A stretch of 64,000 bases of DNA from a virus (lineage: Duplodnaviria; Caudoviricetes): the IMG/VR virus record IMGVR_UViG_3300027747_002427, one strand, 5' to 3'. A program made the position numbers and the translations under genes. Below, piece after piece: positions 21,674 through 32,233 of the stretch (position 1 is the stretch's first letter; the number at the start of each line of letters is the position of its first letter). The notes below the pieces were generated by a model that saw only the letters and a list, made by a program, of their open reading frames with translations, searched no databases and was not told the DNA's origin.

Positions 21674-22492
21674 ATGGCAGACCTCGACACACTTTTTACT
21701 AAAATAGACCAGACGTGTTCTAACATATTTTTGTTAGATGAAAATTTGTGTCTGTCTAATTCTTTAAAAGTTATTAATACCAACGTAGTCAATCTTAGTA
21801 CTTCTATAAACTATATTCAAACCACATCAAATTATTTAAATAAAGTCTATACTCTTTTTTCTAATAATAGTGCAGCTTGGATAGAAGCAAGTAATAATGT
21901 GGCTTATACTTCTGCTACTTGGATCCAAGATTTTAAAACTGTAACATCTTTAAGTGGTACTTGGGCTAATGAATTTGCTCTATACTACAATACGTTATTT
22001 GAAATTCAAGACTGGAAAACTAATAATGTAACATATTCAACAAACAACATCCTTAATTGGTTAAATGTTAATTTTCCCGTATCAAATTTTACAGTCAATC
22101 AAATTGTTTCTGTTTATGTAAATCTTTACGAAAATTATCAATTTGATTTAGCAAGTGGATTTAAAGCTTCATATACTCATGACTGCCACGTACCGAATGG
22201 TGGAGGCACAGTAACTTGTAATGGTCAATGTGGAAGACCTAGCAGAGGATGCAACCACCACGGAGGTAAAGCTGGTAAAGGTGGTTGTACCAATGCTTAT
22301 GATGGATGTAGTGTTACTGTAACTGGAGGAGCTAATGTTACTTGTACTTGCCCAGGTTATGGTGGCAAAACTTTAAAAATACCATCTGATGGATCTTCTT
22401 ATAATTATTATGTCACGGATAGATTCTGTGCAAAATCTGTAAGAGTAAGATACAAGTATAATAATCGATCTTCGTCTTGGAGTAAAATATAA
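21674..22492 (+). CDS. Virion protein paralog A (shared scaffold, Cys-rich insert)
   Basis: SLKVINTN and LNVNFP scaffold motifs; Cys/Gly-rich insert CHVP...CTCPG. Confidence 0.6.
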   Translation: MADLDTLFTKIDQTCSNIFLLDENLCLSNSLKVINTNVVNLSTSINYIQTTSNYLNKVYTLFSNNSAAWIEASNNVAYTSATWIQDFKTVTSLSGTWANEFALYYNTLFEIQDWKTNNVTYSTNNILNWLNVNFPVSNFTVNQIVSVYVNLYENYQFDLASGFKASYTHDCHVPNGGGTVTCNGQCGRPSRGCNHHGGKAGKGGCTNAYDGCSVTVTGGANVTCTCPGYGGKTLKIPSDGSSYNYYVTDRFCAKSVRVRYKYNNRSSSWSKI

Positions 22493-23301
22493 TGAGCTAC
22501 ACATTTTTCAATATACCAACTTCTTATTCCATAGGAGATTCTTTATCAACAGTAAATTTGAATTACGAAACTTTGGATACTTGGATTGGATCGGTACAAT
22601 TAAGTGCTCAAAATCTTTGGAAACCTCTTGTTGAATACTATCAAGTTAAAAGTATTTTATTTAAAAATGCTGCAGCAATTGGTACATTGTGGAAACCTTC
22701 TTGGGATAATTGTGTGACTCAAGTTCAAATTAATAGTGCTAAATGGTTAGAACCTGTAGTAGTTTTTTATCCAGTAGTATTAACTGGTACAGATTTAGCT
22801 GTAGAAGGATTTGTAACGTCTCGATCCATAGAACAAGCTACTGTAGCACCTACAACAGAAAAAAAAATAACCAAATGGCTTAATGATAATTTTTCAGCAA
22901 ATTCCGGTCTTGGCGGATCAACAGCATATATAGAAAATCAAATAGCTTATGTTTATGCTTTAAAACAAGAATCATCTACGCCCATATCAACTGTAAGATT
23001 ATTACAAGATACCGGAGCTTGTTCTACTAATGATGTAACTATTACAACATATTGTACTAATCACTATAGTGGTTATGTATATTGCAGTAATGGAGACTTT
23101 AATTGCAATGGACAATCTAATGGATGTAATCAATCGGCTACCTGCCCATGTAGTTACCCTCAAACCGGTACTCACTATTATAATCCAGTTATTAGAGCTT
23201 ATTTAAATTTTAATTATTCTAATAATTATGAATCATCTAATATATCTTGTTTAGTGTATATAATGCAAAACTGTAAATGGATATACAGCACACAAATATG
23301 A
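22492..23301 (+). CDS. Virion protein paralog B (shared scaffold, Cys-rich insert)
   Basis: IGDSLSTVNLNYETLD and LNDNF motifs; Cys-rich insert CSTND...CPCSYP. Confidence 0.6.
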   Translation: MSYTFFNIPTSYSIGDSLSTVNLNYETLDTWIGSVQLSAQNLWKPLVEYYQVKSILFKNAAAIGTLWKPSWDNCVTQVQINSAKWLEPVVVFYPVVLTGTDLAVEGFVTSRSIEQATVAPTTEKKITKWLNDNFSANSGLGGSTAYIENQIAYVYALKQESSTPISTVRLLQDTGACSTNDVTITTYCTNHYSGYVYCSNGDFNCNGQSNGCNQSATCPCSYPQTGTHYYNPVIRAYLNFNYSNNYESSNISCLVYIMQNCKWIYSTQI

Positions 23302-24860
23302 GAACATTAACCTTAGAAATTAAAAGAGAAGAATGTGTTGGTGATTCTATAGCCAAACATAATTACAATTTATTATCTCTCGATACAACCGTATGTAATT
23401 TATCTTCAGATATTTATAAAAAAAATAACATCTTGACTTGGTTTAATGATATATCCGCCAATTCTACGATTTATAATAAAATGGCATTAGATTTTTCTAA
23501 CGATGCTGTGGAAAAATATAATATAAATCACACGTCTATTAGTACATTAAGTTCATATTGGCATACTTCAGATTTTACAGTTCAATATGAACATAACAAT
23601 TATAACTCAGACAGTTTTAATAATGCTAGTGATGGTTCTATAGTCAATGCCTACACCCTCAGTACAACTATAGATACTATACAAACTAATTCTTTAAATT
23701 ATTTAAATACGAATTTCCCACCAACCAATTATAATATCGGTTCTATGGTTAATGTTGTTGTTTTTATATACAATGTATTACTAGATAAATCTACAAATAA
23801 TAATTCTTCTATTTGTTATATACCAACAGAACCTTCCACCAGTTTAAACGTAGGGTCCGGAGCAAATGCTTCTAATATTTTAGCTGATGCCCGTATAGAC
23901 GATTATACAGTTCATTATACATATACTTCTTCCCCAAATCCTCTTGGTGGTGATAATAATAGTATTTCAATATTGACTCCTTCTGGTTCCACTTATATAA
24001 CGAATAACGCAAACATACGCACAGCCGCAGCGTCTCCTACTTCACCTTCTTATAATATTCGTTATTTGAGTGAAACATTTACTTCATCTGGATCTTGGAC
24101 AGTTCCAGCTGGTGTTTCATCTGTAACGGTTTTTGCGGTTGGAGGTGGTGGATCTGGAGGATCTTATAATGCAAATGGTGGATATGCTGGTGGTGGTGGT
24201 GGTGGTGGTATTTCTTCTGGCAAAGTTGACGTGACACCTGGTAGCGTAATAAATTATACCGTAGGAGCTGGTGGTATTGGTTCTATATCAAGTTCTGGGG
24301 CAACCGGAGCTGGTGGCAATACTACATTTGGTAATATAATAGCTTATGGAGGTCAAGCTGGTACTGGATCAGCAAATGGCGGAGGAGGTATACCTGGTAC
24401 TGGAAACTATGCGACTGGTGGTGTAGGAGGTGGAGATCAACGAGACGGAGCAGCAGGACCTATATATGACGGAACTCAATATTCTGGTGGTGGTGGTGGA
24501 CGTATATCAGGCAGAGGCGGTCTAGGTGGTGGTGGAGATCATAATGTAAGTGGATTTTTCTACGGAGCTGGTGGAGGTGGATCTGATGATGTGCGTACAA
24601 CCGGAGGAGTTATTGGTAATGGTTATTCCGGTTTGCTTGTTATCTCATATGCCGTGTATACAGCAACTTCTGTTACAATTGCATCAAATGCAACAACAAC
24701 AGCTCCAGCTCCAGCTTCTTATGCAGCTGGTTCATCTTATTATAGAACTATATTAGTTGATTTTACTCACCAAGAAATGCAAGTAGCAAAAGTTTATACT
24801 TTAAAATATATTCAGCAAAATAATACCTGGATTTATACCGGCGCAACAATTAGTAATTAA
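23298..24860 (+). CDS. Virion protein paralog C (shared scaffold, glycine-rich insert)
   Basis: VGDSIAKHNYNLLSLD and LNTNFP motifs; FTSSGSWTVPAGVSSVTVFAVGGGG glycine-rich domain. Start 23298 overlaps the previous stop (ATGA). Confidence 0.65.
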   Translation: MRTLTLEIKREECVGDSIAKHNYNLLSLDTTVCNLSSDIYKKNNILTWFNDISANSTIYNKMALDFSNDAVEKYNINHTSISTLSSYWHTSDFTVQYEHNNYNSDSFNNASDGSIVNAYTLSTTIDTIQTNSLNYLNTNFPPTNYNIGSMVNVVVFIYNVLLDKSTNNNSSICYIPTEPSTSLNVGSGANASNILADARIDDYTVHYTYTSSPNPLGGDNNSISILTPSGSTYITNNANIRTAAASPTSPSYNIRYLSETFTSSGSWTVPAGVSSVTVFAVGGGGSGGSYNANGGYAGGGGGGGISSGKVDVTPGSVINYTVGAGGIGSISSSGATGAGGNTTFGNIIAYGGQAGTGSANGGGGIPGTGNYATGGVGGGDQRDGAAGPIYDGTQYSGGGGGRISGRGGLGGGGDHNVSGFFYGAGGGGSDDVRTTGGVIGNGYSGLLVISYAVYTATSVTIASNATTTAPAPASYAAGSSYYRTILVDFTHQEMQVAKVYTLKYIQQNNTWIYTGATISN

Positions 24861-25217
24861 ATGTTAGCTCTTTTTAATAAAAATAAACAATTAATAGGAT
24901 ATGCTCCTAATATTTTAGAAGATAATAGTTTTCAAGGATATCTCAAAGAAATACCTCTAGAATTTTCAAACCTAAAAGAGTGGCATTGGGAAGGAGATTT
25001 TGATAATGGTAAAATGGTATCTAATAGGAAAATAATCGAATTGGACAATGAAGCTAAGGCGCTTAAAGAAATAATAGAAAAGTATCCTCTAGGTATTCAA
25101 ATAACTAATATTATAAGACAATTGCATTTAATATCTAAAAATGCCAATCTTTTTAATAATGATTTTAAAGAAATGAGTACAGACGTACTAGATATTTTAT
25201 CAAAATATAATAAATAA
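24861..25217 (+). CDS. Hypothetical protein, possible fibre-assembly chaperone
   Basis: 118-aa ORF directly after the fibre paralogs; the role is inferred from position only. Confidence 0.45.
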   Translation: MLALFNKNKQLIGYAPNILEDNSFQGYLKEIPLEFSNLKEWHWEGDFDNGKMVSNRKIIELDNEAKALKEIIEKYPLGIQITNIIRQLHLISKNANLFNNDFKEMSTDVLDILSKYNK

Positions 25218-25222
25218 AATAA

Positions 25223-25633
25223 ATGAAACACCCAAAACTAAGATTAAGAAATGCTGAAGGTTTGGGAGATATTGTAGCATGTATTTTACATTCTAAGTTT
25301 ATAGGTATTATAACTCATTTTATAACAGGAAAAGATAAACCTTGCCAAACTTGCTCTCAAAGAGCATATGCTTTAAACGTTTTATTTCCTATAAAGGTTT
25401 GGAGATTAAGATTTAAAGATAGAGAAAGTTTTTTAATATCTTTAAAAAAAGAATATGATGAATATAATCTTAATAATCATATTGAGATTAAAAAACCAGC
25501 TCCTGAGGAACCAGAACCCATAAATATTGAAAAGCCAAAGATGGAAACTATTACAGGATATAACTTAATATCTAGTTCAGATGAATCAATAGGAGAACAT
25601 TTAGTAAGAGTTCAAATCTTTAAAAGAAAATAA
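25223..25633 (+). CDS. Conserved phage protein with GLGDxV...CxxCxxR motif
   Basis: GLGDIVACILHS...KPCQTCSQRAYALN. Confidence 0.55.
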   Translation: MKHPKLRLRNAEGLGDIVACILHSKFIGIITHFITGKDKPCQTCSQRAYALNVLFPIKVWRLRFKDRESFLISLKKEYDEYNLNNHIEIKKPAPEEPEPINIEKPKMETITGYNLISSSDESIGEHLVRVQIFKRK

Positions 25634-25634
25634 T

Positions 25635-26096
25635 ATGGAAGTAGAAATTATTAAAATAAAATCAGAAGGTGTGTCTCTTGATCCAACGAGACAATTCGGA
25701 GTTACATTAAAGAAGATTCATTCTTCCATTCACCTATTACATTGGTATGCAGCAGATATTAATGTTCATGAAATTCTCGGAGATCTTTATGAGACTCTAG
25801 ATGGTTTATTTGACAAACTCCAAGAAGAAATAATTGGTACATCAAGAATTCAAAATTCATTATTTCCTAGTATTAATTCAAATATAAATTTAGAAGACAT
25901 AAATCAATACAAGGGAGATGCAGAGGATATTTTATCTAATTATAAAAAGATAAATGAATTTACACAAAACCTATTAACTTCTTTAGAGTTCAATAATTAT
26001 GTAACCACTGTAAAGTCTGGTATCAATAATACCAAGGAAGATATTCTTTCTGCTTTTAATAAAGCAAATTATCTTCTTTCTTTAGTTAATCTTTAA
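25635..26096 (+). CDS. Ferritin/Dps-like four-helix protein (DUF5856-like)
   Basis: IHLLHWY...HEILGDLYETLDGLFDKLQEEIIG pattern. Confidence 0.6.
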   Translation: MEVEIIKIKSEGVSLDPTRQFGVTLKKIHSSIHLLHWYAADINVHEILGDLYETLDGLFDKLQEEIIGTSRIQNSLFPSINSNINLEDINQYKGDAEDILSNYKKINEFTQNLLTSLEFNNYVTTVKSGINNTKEDILSAFNKANYLLSLVNL

Positions 26097-27115
26097 TAAA
26101 GATTATATTTGTTGTTGAGATACTTCTCAACATTTAGTCTCTCTTCTGTTGAGAGAGCTCTATTATAAAAAAGAATTTCAGACACTTTACAAGGTGTTGA
26201 TAGACTATTTTGTACATAACAACCAACCCAGAATCCACCAGTAGAAAATAAAGGAGCATCAAAATTTAATCCGGTATCAGCTTTTACTAAAGTTCCTTTA
26301 TTGTCAGCGTATAATTTACCGTTTATAAATGCTTGAGCATAAGGTTGATTGAAGACTGCTTCAAACATATAACGGCTTGAAGTTGGAGGATAGAATCCGG
26401 GCACATAACCATAATAGTCTGTCAACTCAATTTCATATAAAGTTGTAGGATATGTAGATGCCACTGGAGTTAGAGTAAGACCAGAAGTAGGTTGTTGCCA
26501 TAATATTTTAATATAACCATTAGATCCATTTCCTCCAAAAGTATTAACTGTAGACAACGGACCACCACCACCACCACCGCTACCATACCCTACACCACTC
26601 AACCCGTTTAGATATGATTTATTAGAACCATCTCCTCCACCACCCAAGCCACCCAAGCCACCCAAAGAATTAGATTGAGATCCACCACCACCACCAGCTC
26701 CAAAATAGGTATTCTCTGATAAAAAGTAATATCCATCTACACCGTTTAAAGCATTAAAATCAATTGTTCCAAAAGCACCTCCAGAAGATCCATATGATAA
26801 AGTACCTGATCCACCCAATACCATAGTTCCATTAAAGATAGCAGAACCTAAACCACCACCAGACCCCCCAAAAGCTGTTAAAGAACCAAAATAACTTGCT
26901 ACACCAGGATTACCAGCACTTCCACTCAGTCCTAAACCGCCACTACCTACTTTAAGAGGAATTGTAGAACCTGGAGCAATATTTATTACTGTATAAGATA
27001 TACCACCACCACCGCCTCCTTGACCACCAGCATCAGATGTATTACTACCGCCACCAGCTCCACCTCCGCCGATTACTAAAGCAGTAATGGAAGTAACTCT
27101 TGAGGAACTGTAAAA
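26093..27115 (-). pseudogene. Orphaned 3' part of the giant baseplate-like gene (glycine-rich domain plus C-terminal half of a LamG-like domain)
   Basis: Open and in the same frame as 27119..32206, separated only by TAA TAG at 27121-27116. The first in-frame ATG is at 26824. Ends EILFYNRALSTEERLNVEKYLNNKYNLY. Confidence 0.65.
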
Positions 27116-27118
27116 CTA

Positions 27119-30100
27119 TTAATTACCTGTACTAGACCAATATAGAGATTGGACAGCCCACATATTATAAGGCAATTCTTCTACTGATGATAGATACTCT
27201 GTAGTAGCAACTTTTGTAGGCCATCCTTGATTGTTACCAAAGTCAAAAACAAAATCCCCATATCTTTGTCCGAAGGCTAAAGAACCTTTTGTAACATAAT
27301 TTTGATCTAAGGCACTCACATATTGACCGAAAGATGCCATTACTTGATAATTTTTATAAGCATAATCATTTTCTATATTTTCATAAGAACCTATTATGAA
27401 CATAGTAGCTGTAGCAAAATTTAAATTAAAAGCATTAGTAAAATTACTGGTAGAATTAAAGTATATACTATGGATATTATTTTCTATTTGTAAAATAGGT
27501 GTTCCACTTATAGCAACAAGATTATTATTTTTACCACTACGATCCATCCATTTTAAGACATTAGATCCGTGTTCAGCTTGAATATCATCTAGAAGACCGC
27601 TAGAAGCTATTTGATTAATAGTTCCTCTATCAGCTGAGAACCACATATATAAACCATCTACGTCTACTGGAGAGAATGGTTTATATATACCATAATCATT
27701 TCCGTATATATCTGTTCTCCAATTATCTAATTTTCCTTTATTTGTTAGTAATTTTTCTTTTCTTAAAGCATATTGTTCAGCTGGTAATTCCTGTCTGAAG
27801 GTAAGTGGATATTCTTTTGAATTATTCCAAGTACCTGGAATAGCTGGTGTCCAAAATTCAAACACATCCGTTTGTCTCGATAGCCCATAATGATTTTTAC
27901 CATATACTTCATAACTGGTTTGATATGGTGTAAGCTTTTGATTTTCTAAAGTATTAATAATAACACCACCTTTAGAAGCAGAACTATAAGGTTCCATCAT
28001 CCATTTATTAGTTATATTTGTAATCTTGGTTGGACTTATTTGATCCTTTTTAGTTAGACCTCTATTTCTAGGACCAAACTTTTCTAAATCTAAAAACATT
28101 CTTTCAGCACTTATTGAATCTATATATGTTAAAGATTCATTATCTAATTTTATTGAATAACCCTTTCCTCTATAAAAAGGAGTTCCTAATTTTTCTGGCA
28201 ATAGATATTCCCCGACTTGCTTATCACTAACTGCTTGAGAAGGAAAAGAAACTGTTGCTACAGTTGGGTAGTGAACATTATCTAAATGTGCATATGGTTC
28301 ATTTGGTTGTATAGCTACTCCAGTGTGATAGGTCACAAAGCTCTTTAAACATCTATTTAAATAATAAAGATCTTGAGTGTAGTTAAAACCGTTTCTAGCA
28401 TAATAATTGTAATATGCTGGTTTAAAAGAAGAATAACTTTCTAATGTTAGATAGCTTGGTAAATTAGTATCTTCTATAATCTCGTCTAATTTACCTGATC
28501 TTAAGAAATCCTGTAAGTTGGAATAATCTTCTTTGAAAGTCAATTGTTTCCAATTATAAGAAGATAAAGAAACACCAAAGTTTAAGGGCTCTGACCAAAC
28601 AAGCGAATCTTTATTGTTTCTTACATATTGTATGTTATCTCCTGTATTAAAAATTAAAGATGAAATTTCTGGTTGATGTAAAGGAGTATAGTCATTAAAG
28701 AATCTTACATGACCACCAAAAGCATTGACCCCTTTAAAGAAATTATAATTAGAATCTGGTGACGTATATACTTTACCCCAGAAAGGTTTGCCTCCATAGG
28801 GATCACCTAAAGCCGATGCTGTGAAATAACTATTGTCATAATCCCAACCATCTAATTTTACATTTACGGTAAATGAAATACTAGGAGTTATAAAAGATGC
28901 ATTAATAATTGCAGCTGTATAATTAACAGCTGATCGGTGTACATATGTTAAATAATCTCCTGGAGTTATTATCATATCTGATAATTCATTAGTAGCCGAC
29001 CAATTTCCATTAACGTCTCTTATAGCCTTGTACCAAGTAGGTCTAACAGAAATTGTATTACCTAATTTCATAGAAATGTATTCTGCAAAAGAATTTTCAT
29101 CTCCATCTCCAGATACTAGATATCTTTGTAAATCAAAATAATCTGCCATGTTGGATGACATGGATTTTACAGTATCGTCAAAATAAGAACGTTCTCCTAT
29201 ATTGACTCCATATATTTCTATTTTATCATTTTTTAAATCCAATGCTATTGATGCTGCATCATCAAATGGGCGTAAAGCAAAATGGCTCTTGTTTCTGTAA
29301 AGTGTTTCTTCTCCGTCACTGAATATTAATATTTTCTTTTTTCCGTTTTGAGGAATGTTTTGAGGTGTACCTAATTTGTGAGTTTGTTGATAAATGTAAT
29401 AACCAAGGTTGTTACAGAGACTAGCTAAATAAGCATTACTATTATTAATTTTAGTATCATTAGTAACGACTCTAGTATCTAAAATATTTTGAGCTAATAA
29501 TAAAGCGTCTGATATATCTGTTTGATTTACTGCTGGATCTTTTGATACTTGTAATTGATCAACAAAAAGTTCTAAAGCACTAAAATTTTTCGTCAACCAA
29601 CTCAAACGAGAAGCTACACTACCAAAAGCTATAACAGATATTTGAACTTGATTTTTATTGTTATTTAAAATTTTATCTATAGTTGTTGTAACTATATTTT
29701 TAACTTTACTTAAACTATATGATTGAGACTTACTAACGTCTATCATTATAACTAAATCATAAACTTCAGAACTAGAATACAAACCATTTACATTTTTATA
29801 AGCATAATTAGAAACAAAATAAGGTGCAACATTACCACTAGATTTATCAGTTCTTAATGAGGATCTGTAATAGGTATAACGCTTACCGGTTTTTAATATG
29901 AAAGAAGCTCCTGTACCCGTCCTCCAATAACCTTTGCCCCATCCTACTTGTTTATCTCCTCCAGTTATTTTGTAATAACTAAATTGAGGGCTATTATATA
30001 CGTCCAACCCTCTAGTATCCTTCCAAGTATTAGTTGCAAAATCAACTCCGTAACCCTCTGGATCAGCAAAAAGATAATCAGCCATTCCATTATAATCTCT

Positions 30101-32206
30101 TAAATTATTTCCCTCATGACCTATTGGAGAATATTGTACAGACTTACAAGTACATTTAGTCCAAGAATCTAAACTATTGATAGGATTTACATTTTGATAA
30201 TCTTGATCTTTATAATAATTGTGTGGATAATTTTTACCATATTGACAATTAGGTAAATGCTCTACATACTTAAATACCTCGTCGGCTGGAGTATCTGGAT
30301 CCATCCAAACAAAAGAAACTTTATCTGATCCGTTTACTTTAAAAGAACAAGAATTCTGAACTGGTCCATCTATATAAGTAGCACATTTTGTAGCCGGTGT
30401 ATCATATATTTGTATAGCACCTTTTAGAGCATCTAAATTTGTTATTGATCCTGCTCCTAGCCAAGCAGCTTCCATTGGATCTCCACCTCGGTTATTTAAT
30501 TTATATATTACATCTGAATCAGAAAAATTAAATCCAGCCACAGCTCCGACCATAGCATAACTTGGATTAATATTTCCTAAGATAATTGGCAAACAACAAT
30601 CTTCTTTAATTGTAATAGGCAAATTATCAGAACTGGTAACAAAGGTTTGTATAGGCCAGTGAATATTATTAGCTCCTAAAGCGATTGGTAAATCTGTTCT
30701 TTGGAATTTAAATAAATATGATTGATCTATTACACCGTTATTAATTTCACTATAAATAGGTAAAGAAGCTTCTTGTTTTGTTTTCTTTATTATATTATCT
30801 GCTTCTGGAGAAAATTCTGAAGCATATGCTCCCGAATCTATTAAAGTTGTTTGATTGATGTAAATTGAATTACTAGAAGTATTAGGCAAAGAAAAAGAAT
30901 AATAATCACTTAACAATTTAACTTTTGATTGTGTAGCAAGTTTATCTATACCTTCGTTAATAGTATCATCTATAGCATATCCTTGGAATGTTAATTCTTT
31001 AGAAGATATTTTAATACCAGGGAAAGGAAATATAAAATCTCTAGTAGAAGCTCCATTTATATTAACAACTATATTCAAGTCTTGTCTTTCTGTGTGTGGT
31101 CCTTGCAACCAAGCTCCTTCGACAATACCGTTTTTATCTGTAAAAATTAAATCTGAATTGGTATAATTGGTTCCTCCAGTGGCACTTGAAGAAACAAAAT
31201 TAGAATTATTAATGTATACTGGATCTAAATTGTTATTGAAAATATCATTATTTAATATTTTATTTCCGCTTGGCCAATAGAACCAATTATTACCTTGCTC
31301 AAATTTTAAATTTAAAACAACATCAGGTATATTAACATCTTCCAATCTTACAGCAGTTAAACCATAAACCGGTTCTCCAAGGTATTTGGTCGAAGCATGT
31401 ATTTCATTATAAACCAAATTAGTAGCAAAGGAAGATAAAGAAACTGTTGATAATGATGGAGTATTTAAAACATAATCTTTAAAAATATTTGATAAAGGTG
31501 TATCAGCTACTCTTGGTAAAAGCTTTGTAGAAATAATTGTATTGATCTCTTCTTCATTTAAACCTTCTAAAGGAAATGTATTTGATAAAGAATTTATATC
31601 TAGATATTGATTTATATTAACAGAAGGGTCTGAATCAAAATATGATTGAGTATCATGTAATTCTTCTAATTCAATAAAGAAATTGTCTTTTACAGCAGAA
31701 AGATCTGGGAAGTAATTTATTAAAGGTGAAGCTGGTACTTGGGTAATAGAATTTTTTGTATTGGTAAATCCTCTTAAAACATATTCATAAAGTAATTTTT
31801 CTAAACCCTCATTGGAACCTACTAAATTATATTTTAACTTTGCTCTCTTAACGTTTTCTCTTTTGTTTTGTAAAACTGTGGCTATCTGTCTTAATTTCTT
31901 AGCAAAGAAAGGAATTGCATAAATTAAATTTTCGTCACTATTATAATCTATATTTCTTAAGAAAGGGTCTTGGGTTTCAGCATTTGCAAATAAGAAACTA
32001 AGATCTTTAGCTAATTGTATAAATTGTTGCTTTACACTATCTTTTACAATTTTTTTGTCTTGAAGTTGTTTCTTATACCAGCTTTGGACATATTCTAAAT
32101 AAGCTTCTTGAGCATTTTCTGGTATTAATGCATCTTGATACTCTATCCAGTCTTTGTAAGGTAGAGGGGCTTGTGTATTTAAAGATACACTAGATGTCAT
32201 GGCCAT
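27119..32206 (-). CDS. Giant baseplate-wedge-like protein with vWA domain (5' part of a split gene)
   Basis: vWA motifs LVIMIDVSKSQS, VIAFGS, TDISDAL, LIFSDGEE; near the end GLYMWFSAD...WMDRSGKNN (N-half of a LamG-like domain). TAAGTA lies upstream on the minus strand. Confidence 0.7.
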   Translation of the reverse strand: MAMTSSVSLNTQAPLPYKDWIEYQDALIPENAQEAYLEYVQSWYKKQLQDKKIVKDSVKQQFIQLAKDLSFLFANAETQDPFLRNIDYNSDENLIYAIPFFAKKLRQIATVLQNKRENVKRAKLKYNLVGSNEGLEKLLYEYVLRGFTNTKNSITQVPASPLINYFPDLSAVKDNFFIELEELHDTQSYFDSDPSVNINQYLDINSLSNTFPLEGLNEEEINTIISTKLLPRVADTPLSNIFKDYVLNTPSLSTVSLSSFATNLVYNEIHASTKYLGEPVYGLTAVRLEDVNIPDVVLNLKFEQGNNWFYWPSGNKILNNDIFNNNLDPVYINNSNFVSSSATGGTNYTNSDLIFTDKNGIVEGAWLQGPHTERQDLNIVVNINGASTRDFIFPFPGIKISSKELTFQGYAIDDTINEGIDKLATQSKVKLLSDYYSFSLPNTSSNSIYINQTTLIDSGAYASEFSPEADNIIKKTKQEASLPIYSEINNGVIDQSYLFKFQRTDLPIALGANNIHWPIQTFVTSSDNLPITIKEDCCLPIILGNINPSYAMVGAVAGFNFSDSDVIYKLNNRGGDPMEAAWLGAGSITNLDALKGAIQIYDTPATKCATYIDGPVQNSCSFKVNGSDKVSFVWMDPDTPADEVFKYVEHLPNCQYGKNYPHNYYKDQDYQNVNPINSLDSWTKCTCKSVQYSPIGHEGNNLRDYNGMADYLFADPEGYGVDFATNTWKDTRGLDVYNSPQFSYYKITGGDKQVGWGKGYWRTGTGASFILKTGKRYTYYRSSLRTDKSSGNVAPYFVSNYAYKNVNGLYSSSEVYDLVIMIDVSKSQSYSLSKVKNIVTTTIDKILNNNKNQVQISVIAFGSVASRLSWLTKNFSALELFVDQLQVSKDPAVNQTDISDALLLAQNILDTRVVTNDTKINNSNAYLASLCNNLGYYIYQQTHKLGTPQNIPQNGKKKILIFSDGEETLYRNKSHFALRPFDDAASIALDLKNDKIEIYGVNIGERSYFDDTVKSMSSNMADYFDLQRYLVSGDGDENSFAEYISMKLGNTISVRPTWYKAIRDVNGNWSATNELSDMIITPGDYLTYVHRSAVNYTAAIINASFITPSISFTVNVKLDGWDYDNSYFTASALGDPYGGKPFWGKVYTSPDSNYNFFKGVNAFGGHVRFFNDYTPLHQPEISSLIFNTGDNIQYVRNNKDSLVWSEPLNFGVSLSSYNWKQLTFKEDYSNLQDFLRSGKLDEIIEDTNLPSYLTLESYSSFKPAYYNYYARNGFNYTQDLYYLNRCLKSFVTYHTGVAIQPNEPYAHLDNVHYPTVATVSFPSQAVSDKQVGEYLLPEKLGTPFYRGKGYSIKLDNESLTYIDSISAERMFLDLEKFGPRNRGLTKKDQISPTKITNITNKWMMEPYSSASKGGVIINTLENQKLTPYQTSYEVYGKNHYGLSRQTDVFEFWTPAIPGTWNNSKEYPLTFRQELPAEQYALRKEKLLTNKGKLDNWRTDIYGNDYGIYKPFSPVDVDGLYMWFSADRGTINQIASSGLLDDIQAEHGSNVLKWMDRSGKNNNLVAISGTPILQIENNIHSIYFNSTSNFTNAFNLNFATATMFIIGSYENIENDYAYKNYQVMASFGQYVSALDQNYVTKGSLAFGQRYGDFVFDFGNNQGWPTKVATTEYLSSVEELPYNMWAVQSLYWSSTGN

Positions 32207-32233
32207 AAGTTAAAATACTTATAATAAACGCCT

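Noticed and set aside
27116-27121. Stop-codon reassignment or readthrough (code 15 or 4) explaining the split gene
   Set aside because: The break includes TAA; TAA, TAG and TGA all end genes elsewhere; long ORFs are intact in the standard code; and an indel pair restores the expected FTVP motif.
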